In this document: in pieces, positions 1-9,132 of the stretch
How positions within the stretch are numbered: the first letter of the stretch is position 1
How the letters are laid out: each line of letters starts with the position of its first letter
From: an uncultured Candidatus Entotheonella sp.
GTDB lineage: Bacteria; Tectomicrobia; Entotheonellia; Entotheonellales; Entotheonellaceae
NCBI GenBank assembly: GCA_965215335.1
Contig: CBDCDA010000001.1
Location: forward strand, 1,632,001 to 1,696,000
Direction of reading: 5' to 3'
DNA: 64,000 bases
Translations under genes and position numbers: made by a program
Notes under the pieces: model-generated
What the model was told of the DNA's origin: nothing
The model's database searches: none
Seen by the model: only the letters and a program-made list of their open reading frames with translations

Positions 1-274
1 ACTGGAGAAAGCCGGCGTGCCGAGCGCCGCGGCCGAGGCTATTCACGGCATGTTCGCACATCCGCAGGTGCTGGCTAATCAACTGGTTGAGCAGGTCAGC
101 CACCCCACCTTGGGCCGGCTGTCCCTCTTTGGCCTGCCGCTCAAGCTGAGCGCCACCCCCGGCTCGGTGCGCCGCGCCGCGCCGGTCCTGGGACAGCACT
201 CCGAAGAGATTCTCGCCGCCGCCGGCTACGACGCCCAGGAGATCGCCGCCCTGCGCGAGTCGCGGGCCATTTGA
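1..274 (+). CDS. CaiB/BaiF family CoA-transferase, C-terminal part (5' truncated by window edge)
   Basis: Open frame from base 2: LEKAGVP...HPQV..N..V.QVSHPTLG...GLPLKLSATPG.VRRAAPVLGQHSEEIL, typical class III CoA-transferase C-terminus. Confidence 0.85.
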   Translation, partial: LEKAGVPSAAAEAIHGMFAHPQVLANQLVEQVSHPTLGRLSLFGLPLKLSATPGSVRRAAPVLGQHSEEILAAAGYDAQEIAALRESRAI

Positions 275-417
275 AGCGGCACACCCGCGCAGCGAACTGT
301 TGAGTCGGCGAGGGGGCGGATTTGAGAACGGCGGCCAAAAGGGCCGGGACACGACGACGTGGCCGCCAAGGCGTTCGTGCGGATTTTTGGGGAGGCAGGT
401 TGAAACGCTCCCTCGGG

Positions 418-885
418 TCAGAGACCCCGCAGCGTTTCTTGAATCTTGTCGAAGTTCGGCAGGTCCCTGGGGCTTTCAAGGACTTCGGCGTACCGCACCT
501 TGCCGGCCTTGTCGATGACAAACGCGGCGCGCCTGGCCACGCCCGCAAAGCCCATCAGGTCGTCGAACTGGGCGCCGTAGGCTTTGCTGACGCCGCGGTT
601 GAAATCGCTGACCAGGGTGAAGTTGAGGTTCTCTTTCTCTTTCCACTGCTTCTGGGCGAAGGGGCTGTCGACGCTGATGCCCAGCACCTCGGCGTCCAAC
701 TGGCCATACGTGCCGAGATTGTCCCGCACCGAGCACAACTCGCTGGTGCACACGCCCGTAAAGGCGAACGGCACGAACAGCAGCACGACGTTCTTCTGGC
801 CGCGAAAACTGCTCAGCGCCACGTCCTGCGTCTCGGTGTCCTTGAGCGTAAAATCCGGTGCCTCTTGCCCTACCTGTACACTCAC
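418..885 (-). CDS. Peroxiredoxin, AhpC/TSA (AhpE-like)
   Basis: VGQEAPDFTL...PFAFTGVCTSELC (PxxxTxxC), GISVDSPF; GTG start with AGGAGG RBS. Confidence 0.9.
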   Translation of the reverse strand: MSVQVGQEAPDFTLKDTETQDVALSSFRGQKNVVLLFVPFAFTGVCTSELCSVRDNLGTYGQLDAEVLGISVDSPFAQKQWKEKENLNFTLVSDFNRGVSKAYGAQFDDLMGFAGVARRAAFVIDKAGKVRYAEVLESPRDLPNFDKIQETLRGL

Positions 886-1048
886 GACCACGCCTCCTGT
901 ATGGATGGATTTTCCCTCATGCCTGCGGTAAAAGGATGGATTCGGAACGGCGCAAACTGTATCGGCTTTTGGCAGGGCCGTCAACTTGGCGCCGGGAGCC
1001 GCAGACCCGTTGCACACCCGTTTCTCACGACAGGGAGGAACCCCATCC

Positions 1049-2014
1049 ATGCAGCACGACACACCCCGACAACCCGTGATCGTGGAAGGCGCTGCCTCCG
1101 GCACCGGCCCGGACGCTTCCTGGCGCTGGCCCGAGGCGCGCTGGCGGCAGGTGGTCAACCGGGTGCGGGCCGGCAAGTCGCTACGACCCGAGACGTGGCC
1201 CGGCGGTGCGCAAGTGGCCGTGGCGCTGTCGTTCGACGTCGATCAGGAAACGCTGACGCTGCGTGACGGCAAGACGTCCCCGGCGCTCCTGGCGCAGGGT
1301 GAGTACGGCTCCCGCGCCGGACTGCCGCGCATCCTGCGGCTGTTGCGGCGTTACGACATTCCGGCGAGCTTCTACGTCCCCGGGGTGTCGGCGCTGCTGC
1401 ACCCGGACGACGTGACGGACATTGTCTCGGCAGGCCATGAAATCGGACTGCACGGCTGGATTCACGAACGCAACAGCCTGCTCGACGCGGCGGACGAGCG
1501 AGACCTCACCTGGCGCGCCGCCGAGGTGCTCGAAAAGCTCACCGGCACCGCACCCGTGGGTCTGCGCACCGCCTCCTGGGACTTCAGCGACGCCACCCTG
1601 AGCATCATCCGCGACCTGGACCTGCTGTACGATTCTTCTCTGATGGGTGACGATGAACCCTACGAAATCCTGCAGGACGGCGAGCCCACCGGCGTGGTGG
1701 AACTGCCGGTGGAGTGGATCAAGGACGATTATCCTTACTTCGGCATGGACCGCGTGACCACCATCCGCCCGCACACGGCGCCCTCAATGGTAGGCGAAAT
1801 CTGGCAGCGCGAGTTCGACGGCGCATACGCGGAACGCGGCCTGTTCCTGCTCACCATGCACCCGCATATCATCGGGCACCGCTCGCGTATCAGCGTTCTC
1901 GACGAGTTGATCCGGCACATGCGCTCGCACAGTAGCGTGTGGTTCGCCACCCACGCCGACATCGCGCGGTACGTCGGGGGCGACAAGTCGGATACGTCGC
2001 AAGGGCCATCGTAA
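1049..2014 (+). CDS. Polysaccharide deacetylase (CE4, PuuE/PgdA-like)
   Basis: SFDVD, GEYG, HEIGLHGWIHE, YDSS, LTMHP motifs; GGGAGG RBS. Confidence 0.9.
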   Translation: MQHDTPRQPVIVEGAASGTGPDASWRWPEARWRQVVNRVRAGKSLRPETWPGGAQVAVALSFDVDQETLTLRDGKTSPALLAQGEYGSRAGLPRILRLLRRYDIPASFYVPGVSALLHPDDVTDIVSAGHEIGLHGWIHERNSLLDAADERDLTWRAAEVLEKLTGTAPVGLRTASWDFSDATLSIIRDLDLLYDSSLMGDDEPYEILQDGEPTGVVELPVEWIKDDYPYFGMDRVTTIRPHTAPSMVGEIWQREFDGAYAERGLFLLTMHPHIIGHRSRISVLDELIRHMRSHSSVWFATHADIARYVGGDKSDTSQGPS

Positions 2015-2520
2015 CCGTCCGTCACGGGATTGGGAGAAGGCAGGCAACAGAAGTCGTTCACGGTTTCGGGCACGGGTAGAGCGTGTCTTTGGAGCGCGGC
2101 ACAATGACACGGGCGGGACCCTGGTTCGCAGTATCGGGCTTGTCCGGGCGAGGGCGCGGACAGGTCTCAAGAACTCGCCTACAACATGCGACGGCTGGTT
2201 CGATGACAACATCCTGGGATGGCCGGCTGAGCGCAAACGGGTGTGCGGGGTGTGTCGGCTGCCATCTTTGACCATCCCATGAAGCATTTTTCGAGGTGCC
2301 CGTAAATTAAGGTCGGCCTGTGACTTTGCCGTGGGTGTTGGCATGCTGTTGAAGGCGTTCAAACATGGTTGGAGGCGGGAAGTCCCGGCGGTACAAGCGG
2401 AACCCTTACCCCGTCTTGAGGGGCCAGGAACCGCCGTGTATACTGCCGCCCCAACCCGGACCCAAGAGTCACAACCCACGCGGGGCGTCTGCCGGCGCCC
2501 CGCTGCCTCAGGAGGGCATC

Positions 2521-3783
2521 ATGCGACCAGCACGCCCGGCATTCATCGCCGCCCAGGCGCTCACGCCGTTTATCGGCAAGGGGAGTCCCAACTTCATCGC
2601 CAAGGGACACCCGGATTACGGCGTCAAGGAGAACCCGACGCTTGAGGACCACATCGTCACGGTCATCCGCCAGCTGCTGAACGACAACGCCATCGATCCG
2701 CGCCTCATCCAGCGCGGCTATATCGGCAACTTTGCCGGCGAGTTGTTTTCCAGCCAGGGCTTCCTTGGCGCCATGCTCGCCCGGGCGGACGAACGATTGG
2801 CGGGCGTCGGCTGCGCGCGCGTCGAGGCGGCGTGCGCGTCCGGTGGCGTCGGTATCGTGGGCGCCATCGAGGCTGTCCAGGCCGGCCTGGACGTCGTGCT
2901 GGTCGTCGGCGCCGAGGTGCAGACGACGGTGCGGGCGCGCGAGGGCGCCGATTACCTGGCGCGCGCCGCGCACTATGCCAGCGAGCGCTCCATCGACGAC
3001 TTCACCTTCCCCGCCCTGCTCGCCCGCCGCGCCAAGGCGTACAAGGAAACCTACGGCCTCACCGACCGTGACCTGGCGCATTTTTCCGTCAAGGCGTACG
3101 CCAATGCCAACCGCAACCCCCTGGCCCACATGCACGCTGTCAAGATGACCCTCGAACAGGCCGCCACGGCCAGCGATTCCAATCCGAACATCCTGCAGAA
3201 CCCGGAGTTGTGCGAGCACCTCAGGGTCAGCGATTGCTCGCAGGTGAGCGACGGCGCCGCGGCGCTGATCATCGCCAGCGAAGCGGGCTTGGAGCGGCTG
3301 GGCCGGGCGCGGCAGGACTGTGTGCAACTGAAATCGTACGGCTTCTGCACCAATCCGCTAGGGCAGGTGAACGATCTGCTGCGCCTCGACACCGCCGCCT
3401 CGGCCGCCGCCGAAGCCGTGCAAGACGGCGACGTCACGCCGCAGGACGTGCAGATGGCCGAGGTGCACGACTGCTTCACGATTGCCGAGTTGATGATGTA
3501 CGAGGCCATCGGGTTCGCCGAGCCGGGCAAGGGCATCGACCTGCTGCGCTCCGGCGAGACCTCCCTGGAAGGCAGCGTGCCGGTCAACCCCGGCGGCGGC
3601 CTGGTGGGTTTCGGCCACCCGGTCGGCGCCACCGGTGTCAAGCAGGCAGCCGAGGTCTACCGTCAGATGAAGGGCCTGTGCGGGGACTACCAGATTCAGA
3701 GGGACATCCACACCGGCCTGACCGCCAACATGGGCGGCGATGACCGTACGGTCGTTTCGCTGGTGCTGGAAAACGTCGCGTAA
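2521..3783 (+). CDS. SCP2-type thiolase (acetyl-CoA acyltransferase)
   Basis: RVEAACASGG, DCSQVSDG, EVHDCF, GHPVGATG, NMGG; GGAGG RBS. Confidence 0.92.
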   Translation: MRPARPAFIAAQALTPFIGKGSPNFIAKGHPDYGVKENPTLEDHIVTVIRQLLNDNAIDPRLIQRGYIGNFAGELFSSQGFLGAMLARADERLAGVGCARVEAACASGGVGIVGAIEAVQAGLDVVLVVGAEVQTTVRAREGADYLARAAHYASERSIDDFTFPALLARRAKAYKETYGLTDRDLAHFSVKAYANANRNPLAHMHAVKMTLEQAATASDSNPNILQNPELCEHLRVSDCSQVSDGAAALIIASEAGLERLGRARQDCVQLKSYGFCTNPLGQVNDLLRLDTAASAAAEAVQDGDVTPQDVQMAEVHDCFTIAELMMYEAIGFAEPGKGIDLLRSGETSLEGSVPVNPGGGLVGFGHPVGATGVKQAAEVYRQMKGLCGDYQIQRDIHTGLTANMGGDDRTVVSLVLENVA

Positions 3784-3809
3784 TTCAATCCTGCCGCGTG
3801 TCCCGCCAA

Positions 3810-3837
3810 GGGGGGCGAGCGTCGCCCCCCCCTTCTT
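3810..3837. terminator. GC-rich hairpin between convergent thiolase and antiporter genes
   Basis: ggggggcga-gcg-tcgcccccc followed by ccttcttt. Confidence 0.55.
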
Positions 3838-5795
3838 TACGAAGCGGCGGCCAACGCCTGAAAGGACGACAACTGTTCGGGCCGGCCGATGACCGCGGCC
3901 AGATCCTCGCTGGCAAACCGAAAATCGATGTCCGGGTTGGCGTGCAGTTCGCCCGCGCGCATGACGCCGACGACCGTGGCGCCCGTCTGGCCGCGAATGT
4001 CCATCTCACGCAACGTTCGCCCGACCAGCGGGCTGTCAGGCGCCAGGGCGACCCAGGTCAGGTCCAGCAGGCGCGGGGTGCGGCGCAGCTGGGCGATGAC
4101 GCGGGAGTCGGTGGGTGGCTGATACAACGGGGCGTAGTGTTCCTTGTGAATGGCGTCCGTAAAGTTCTGGATTTCAATGGCCGGCAGGTTCAGATGCACC
4201 AGCGCCTGACGGGTGATCTCCAGCCCGGCTTCGAACTCCGGCTGCACGACCTCGTACACCCCGCGGTCGTACAGCGCGTCCATGTGTTCGAGCCCCTCGG
4301 CCCTGGCCACGATGTGCAGCCCCGGCTTCAACTGGCGAACCTGATCCACGATGCCCTGGGTCGTGACGATGGCCGGCGTGGTGATCAGGAGCAACCGGGC
4401 CTCGGCGATGCCGGCGGCTTCCAGCACCACCCCCTGGCTGGCGTCCCCGGAGATGATGGGCCAGCCGGCGGCCTTGGCCTGCTCCACGCGCCGGGCGTCG
4501 AGCTCGATGACCACGAATCCCACCTCGAAGCGCCACAGCACCTGCGCCACGCACTGGCCCACCCGGCCGCCGCCCGCAATCACCACGTGGTCGCGCAGTC
4601 CCCGCGCCGGCAGGTTGACGGACTGCAGCGGCTCAAACCGGAACCACCGTCGGCGCAGGGCATACAGCGGCGCCGTGAAGCCTGACAGGACAGGCGTCAG
4701 GATGATCGTCGCAATGGCGGTGGTCAGCACCAGCGCGTACAACTCGGCGTCGATCGCCCCCGCCTTGAGGCCCACGCGGGCCAGCACGAACGAGAACTCG
4801 CCGACCTGGAACAGGGTCAGGGCAACCGCCAGGGGGACAACGTTCCGGTACCCGAAGAAACGAGGCAAGAGCCCGAAAATCAACATCTTGCCCACCATGA
4901 TGCAAAACACCAGAAGACCCACCTCTTGCAGGTGGGCGAACAGGAATGCCGGATCGAAGAGGATGCCGACGGAAGCGAAGAACAGCAGCCCGAAGAGGTC
5001 GCGTAGCGGCAGGATGTCACTGAGGGCCTGATGGCCGTAGTCCGACTCGCTCAGCACCATGCCCGCCACGAAGGCGCCCAGTGCAAACGACAGCCCGGCC
5101 AGGTGCGTGGCATAGCCGATTCCCAGGCCGATGGCGGTGATGGACAGCAGGAAGAGCTCGCGCGAATTCCAACCGGCGATGTACACCATCAGGCGGGGCA
5201 GCAGGCGGACGCCGACGCCGACCGTCAGCGCCAGGAAGAGCATGGCCTTCAACGCCGCGAGGCCGAGCAGGGCCAGGCCGGTTTGCGGGTCGTGCAACTG
5301 CGGCAGGATGATCATCAGCGGCACCACCGCGAGGTCCTGCACGAGCAGCACGCCGATCATCACCCGGCTGGACAGCGTGCCCATCCTGCCTTGGCTCATC
5401 AGGGTTCTCAGCACCACCATGGTGCTGGACAACGAGATCAGGGCGCCGAACCAGAGCGCCGAGCGCCATTCCCAACCCAGCCATGTTCCGAGCGCAAAGC
5501 CGTATGCAATGGTGACGACAATCTGGATGGGCGTGCCGACCAGGGCGATGCTGCGCACCGGGCGCAAATCCCGGAAAGCGAATTCCAGCCCAAGGGCGAA
5601 TAACAGGAGCGCCACGCCGATCTCGGCCAGCAGCTCGATCTCGTGGACGTCGGAGACCACCGCAAAACCATGCGGCCCGACGGCCATACCGGCAAGGATG
5701 TAGCCCAGCACCAGCGGCTGCTTGAGCCGCTGCGCCACCAGCCCGCCCAGCAAGGCCGTGACGACAATGATGACGATGTCCGCCGCAATGCCCAA
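3837..5795 (-). CDS. CPA2 cation:proton antiporter with TrkA-N and TrkA-C (RCK) domains
   Basis: Hydrophobic N-terminal domain with [30 protein letters not shown]-binding fold; C-terminal RCK_C. Confidence 0.92.
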   Translation of the reverse strand: MGIAADIVIIVVTALLGGLVAQRLKQPLVLGYILAGMAVGPHGFAVVSDVHEIELLAEIGVALLLFALGLEFAFRDLRPVRSIALVGTPIQIVVTIAYGFALGTWLGWEWRSALWFGALISLSSTMVVLRTLMSQGRMGTLSSRVMIGVLLVQDLAVVPLMIILPQLHDPQTGLALLGLAALKAMLFLALTVGVGVRLLPRLMVYIAGWNSRELFLLSITAIGLGIGYATHLAGLSFALGAFVAGMVLSESDYGHQALSDILPLRDLFGLLFFASVGILFDPAFLFAHLQEVGLLVFCIMVGKMLIFGLLPRFFGYRNVVPLAVALTLFQVGEFSFVLARVGLKAGAIDAELYALVLTTAIATIILTPVLSGFTAPLYALRRRWFRFEPLQSVNLPARGLRDHVVIAGGGRVGQCVAQVLWRFEVGFVVIELDARRVEQAKAAGWPIISGDASQGVVLEAAGIAEARLLLITTPAIVTTQGIVDQVRQLKPGLHIVARAEGLEHMDALYDRGVYEVVQPEFEAGLEITRQALVHLNLPAIEIQNFTDAIHKEHYAPLYQPPTDSRVIAQLRRTPRLLDLTWVALAPDSPLVGRTLREMDIRGQTGATVVGVMRAGELHANPDIDFRFASEDLAAVIGRPEQLSSFQALAAAS

Positions 5796-5835
5796 ATGCC
5801 GTCTCCTTTCGTGCCGTCGCCGGCCCCTGCTATCC

Positions 5836-5844
5836 TGCTATAAT
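5836..5844 (+). promoter_or_regulatory. Extended -10 element upstream of uppS
   Basis: TGcTATAAT about 105 bp before the TTG start. Confidence 0.5.
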
Positions 5845-5948
5845 GATCGTCGTTGGGGGGTCTTACCAGGCAGTTCTGAGCACTCCCACCGATTCCAGCT
5901 CCCTCTCGCCAAGCCTCCATCACGCCGGCGTTTTGAGGAGATAGCTCG

Positions 5949-6794
5949 TTGACGGACCCGTTTCATGACGATGTGGCACCGCCGTCCACCGCCCAAGACA
6001 TGAGCGCAGAGGGAACCGAATCGGTGCGCTGGTTCGAGGGCGGTTTCGGGCTACTGTACGACCGCCTGCTTTCCCGCAAAGTACGGCGCGACCTGCTGCC
6101 TACGCACGTGGCCATCGTCATGGACGGCAACCGTCGCTTCGCCCTGAGCAGCGGCCTGCGCAGCGAGCAGGGCCACCGCATGGGCAAGGAGAAGGTGCGC
6201 GAGGTGATGCACTGGTGCCGCGACATCGGCATCAAGTACCTGACCGTCTACGCCCTCTCCATCGAAAACCTGACGAGCCGCTCACCCGCGGAGTTGGCCA
6301 CCCTGTTCGACCTCTACGAATCCGGCTTCCTGGAACTTTGCGACGACCGCGAAATCCACCGCGACCGCGTGCGCTGCAAGGTCGTGGGGCAGATGCACCT
6401 GCTGCCACCCCGCGTCATCACGGCCATCGACGCCGCCGAAAAAGCCACCAAGGACTACGACAACCTCGTCTTCACCGTCTGCCTGGCGTACGGGGCGCGT
6501 CAGGAATTGGTGGACGCCATCAAGAGCATCCTCAGCGATCACCGCGACGGCAAAATCGACCTGGACAGCATTTGCGAAGACCTGGTGGCGCAATACCTGT
6601 ACACCAACGACATACCCGATCCCGATCTGGTCATCCGCACGTCCGGTGAGGAGCGGGTCTCCAACTTTCTCCTGTGGCAGATGGCCTACGCCGAACTGTG
6701 CTTCATCGACGTCCACTGGCCCGTTTTCCGCAAGCGCGATTTCCTGCGCGCCATCCGCACCTACCAGGGCCGCCAGCGCCGCTACGGCGGGTAG
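5949..6794 (+). CDS. uppS: cis-prenyltransferase (polyprenyl diphosphate synthase)
   Basis: HVAIVMDGNRR, YALSIEN, AYGARQE, PDLVIRTSGEERVSNFLLWQ, RRYGG. Confidence 0.95.
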   Translation: MTDPFHDDVAPPSTAQDMSAEGTESVRWFEGGFGLLYDRLLSRKVRRDLLPTHVAIVMDGNRRFALSSGLRSEQGHRMGKEKVREVMHWCRDIGIKYLTVYALSIENLTSRSPAELATLFDLYESGFLELCDDREIHRDRVRCKVVGQMHLLPPRVITAIDAAEKATKDYDNLVFTVCLAYGARQELVDAIKSILSDHRDGKIDLDSICEDLVAQYLYTNDIPDPDLVIRTSGEERVSNFLLWQMAYAELCFIDVHWPVFRKRDFLRAIRTYQGRQRRYGG

Positions 6795-6802
6795 AACACG
6801 CT

Positions 6803-7705
6803 TTACGCCGGCGTCCCGTCGAGAAGCTCCAGCAACGCCTCGGCCACGACTCCGGGCTGCTCCCGCGGCATGAAGTGGCCGGCCTTGGGCACGACGCGCC
6901 GGACGGTGCCCAGCGGAAATTGCGCCATGTCCGCCTCGGAGCGATAGGGCGGTCCCACCGTGTCATCGGCGCCGTGCAGCACGACGGACGGCACCGTAAT
7001 CGGCGGGCGCAGGGCCAGACGGCGTTCGACCGCGGTGAAGCGCGGGTCGCTCGGGGCATTCAGGTGCCGGTGACGGTACGAATGAATCACCAGGTCCACG
7101 AAATCCGGGTTGTCGAACGAAGGGGCGGTGCGGTCATAAGTGGCATCATCGAATTCCCACGTTGGCGACCATTCCCGCCACAGCAGACGGCAGATGTCGT
7201 AGCGGTTCCGCTCCAGACCCAGCCGCCCGCGCTCGGTGTTGAAGTACCACTGATACCAGTAGGCGCGCTCCTCCACGGCCGTCGCCGGGCGTGGAGGAGC
7301 CAAGGTGTCCTGCACGTTGTATCCGCCGATGGTTACCAGCCCCCGCACCCGCTCCGGCTGCAGGATGGCCGTGATGCACGCCGCCCGGCCGCCCCAGTCG
7401 TACCCGGCCAAGCCGACGCGGTCGAGACCCAGGGCGTCCAGGAAGTCGATCAGGTCCTGCGCCATCGCCGCCTGCTGGGCCATGCGTGGCGCCCCATCAT
7501 CCAGGAATCGCGTCGGCCCATAGCCTCGCAGATAGGGCGCCAGCGCCCGATACCCCGACGCCGCCAGGGACGCCGCCACGTCGTCCCAGGCCCGCACGTC
7601 GTCAGGAAATCCGTGCAGCAACACGACGGGAAAGCCGTTGGCGGCGCCATGCGCCTCGTAGCCGATCTCGAGAGTGGGTGTAGGTACGCTCAAACCTTCA
7701 CGCAT
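6803..7705 (-). CDS. Alpha/beta hydrolase (epoxide hydrolase-like)
   Basis: LLHGFPD, PYLRGYG, GYDWGG (Asp nucleophile), AGHF; AAAGGAG RBS. Confidence 0.9.
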   Translation of the reverse strand: MREGLSVPTPTLEIGYEAHGAANGFPVVLLHGFPDDVRAWDDVAASLAASGYRALAPYLRGYGPTRFLDDGAPRMAQQAAMAQDLIDFLDALGLDRVGLAGYDWGGRAACITAILQPERVRGLVTIGGYNVQDTLAPPRPATAVEERAYWYQWYFNTERGRLGLERNRYDICRLLWREWSPTWEFDDATYDRTAPSFDNPDFVDLVIHSYRHRHLNAPSDPRFTAVERRLALRPPITVPSVVLHGADDTVGPPYRSEADMAQFPLGTVRRVVPKAGHFMPREQPGVVAEALLELLDGTPA

Positions 7706-7875
7706 GAATAACTCCTTTCCGACGCGTTTGAACCCGGATGCCTTCCCGGCAGCATTGTACCGCAAGGCGGATGATCTCGAGGCATCCGACCCGGCCGTCG
7801 CCCGGTTGACACCCACGCCCGCCGCATTACAATGAGCCAATTCCCAATTCGCGTTGCAGCATAAGGAGATGATTG

Positions 7876-9069
7876 ATGATCACGAGATTTGGCAGCCTGT
7901 ACGCCGGACACGTTGACTTGGACGACATTGGCTTTGAGGGAACGCCGGTTAACGACCGCTGGCTGTCCGATGAGCACATCGCCACCGTTTTCGACAAGTC
8001 CGAAGCCATTGCCACCACCATGGACCGGCTGGGCTACAGCACCTTCTGGGCGGCGGAACACCGCTTCCAGCGCGAGGGCTATGAGTGCATCCCCAACCTG
8101 CTGATGCTCTTCGTCCACCTGGCCCACCTGACCCGGAACATCAAGTTCGGCTGCGGCTTCAACGTGGCGCCCATGTGGCATCCGCTACGCATGGCCGAAG
8201 ACTTCGCCATGGCCGATCACATGACCGGCGGGCGGGTCATCTTCGGCGTCGGGCGCGGTTACCACTCGCGCGAAAACGAGGTGCTGGGCGCGCCCAGCAC
8301 GGCCCTCGACAACGAAGCCAACCGTGAGCTGTTCGAAGAACAGGTCGAACTCATCCTCAAGGCTTTCCACGAGCGTTCGTTCTCGCATCACAGCAAGAAT
8401 TACGACATCCCGCCCGGGATTCCGTATCGGGGCTACGAACTGGAGGAGATCACCCTGGTGCCGCGGCCCCGCCACCTGCCGGTCGAGTGCTGGCAGCCCG
8501 TGGTCAGCGCCACGCAGCGCGGCCTGGACTTCATGGCCAAGCACGGCATCAAGGGCATCATCGGCGGCGGTGCGGCGGCCGGCGGCGCTACCGCCAAGGT
8601 GATGGAAGCCTGGCGGGACGCGCTGCGGCGCGTCGGACGCGAGACGGAACTGGGAAGCGACCTGATCGTGGGCTTCACCTACCACATCGCCGAAACCGAG
8701 CAGAAGGCCATCGAGGAGGCCCGGCCCTTCTTTGAGGAAAACATGAAGATGTTCGCGCCGCTCGGCTTTGTGCGCGGCCTCACCGACGGCCAGATCGAGG
8801 CCATCGCCGACCCCAAGCGGGCACGCTCGGCCAATCTGCCGACGCTGGAGCAGGCCATCGAGGCCGGCTCCTGGCTCTGCGGCCCGCCGGAACTGATCAT
8901 CGAAAAGCTCCAGGAGGTACAGGACCGCTATCCCGGCCTGGAAGAAGTGAACGTCGGCTCGGTGATCGGCACGCCGCAGAGGGTTATCCTGGAACAGTTG
9001 GAAATCTTCGCCCGCGAAGTCATGCCGGCCTTCCAGAGCCAGGACCGCGCCGCCGCGCCCGCGGATTAA
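7876..9069 (+). CDS. LLM-class flavin-dependent oxidoreductase
   Basis: WAAEHRF, WHPLRMAEDFA..D..TGGRVIFGVGRGY, GPPE. Confidence 0.9.
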   Translation: MITRFGSLYAGHVDLDDIGFEGTPVNDRWLSDEHIATVFDKSEAIATTMDRLGYSTFWAAEHRFQREGYECIPNLLMLFVHLAHLTRNIKFGCGFNVAPMWHPLRMAEDFAMADHMTGGRVIFGVGRGYHSRENEVLGAPSTALDNEANRELFEEQVELILKAFHERSFSHHSKNYDIPPGIPYRGYELEEITLVPRPRHLPVECWQPVVSATQRGLDFMAKHGIKGIIGGGAAAGGATAKVMEAWRDALRRVGRETELGSDLIVGFTYHIAETEQKAIEEARPFFEENMKMFAPLGFVRGLTDGQIEAIADPKRARSANLPTLEQAIEAGSWLCGPPELIIEKLQEVQDRYPGLEEVNVGSVIGTPQRVILEQLEIFAREVMPAFQSQDRAAAPAD

Positions 9070-9081
9070 GCCGTCTCTGCT

Positions 9082-9110
9082 GTAGGGACGAGATCGGAAC
9101 TCGTCCCTAC
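9082..9110. repeat. GTAG-type REP palindrome / bidirectional hairpin
   Basis: gtagggacgag-atcggaa-ctcgtccctac, perfect 11-bp stem between convergent genes. Confidence 0.7.
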
Positions 9111-9132
9111 GACATCCTCCCAATTGCCTGCC

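Noticed and set aside
2015..2520. Regulatory RNA or small gene in the 500-bp gap before the thiolase
   Set aside because: No convincing ORF, riboswitch consensus or repeat recognised
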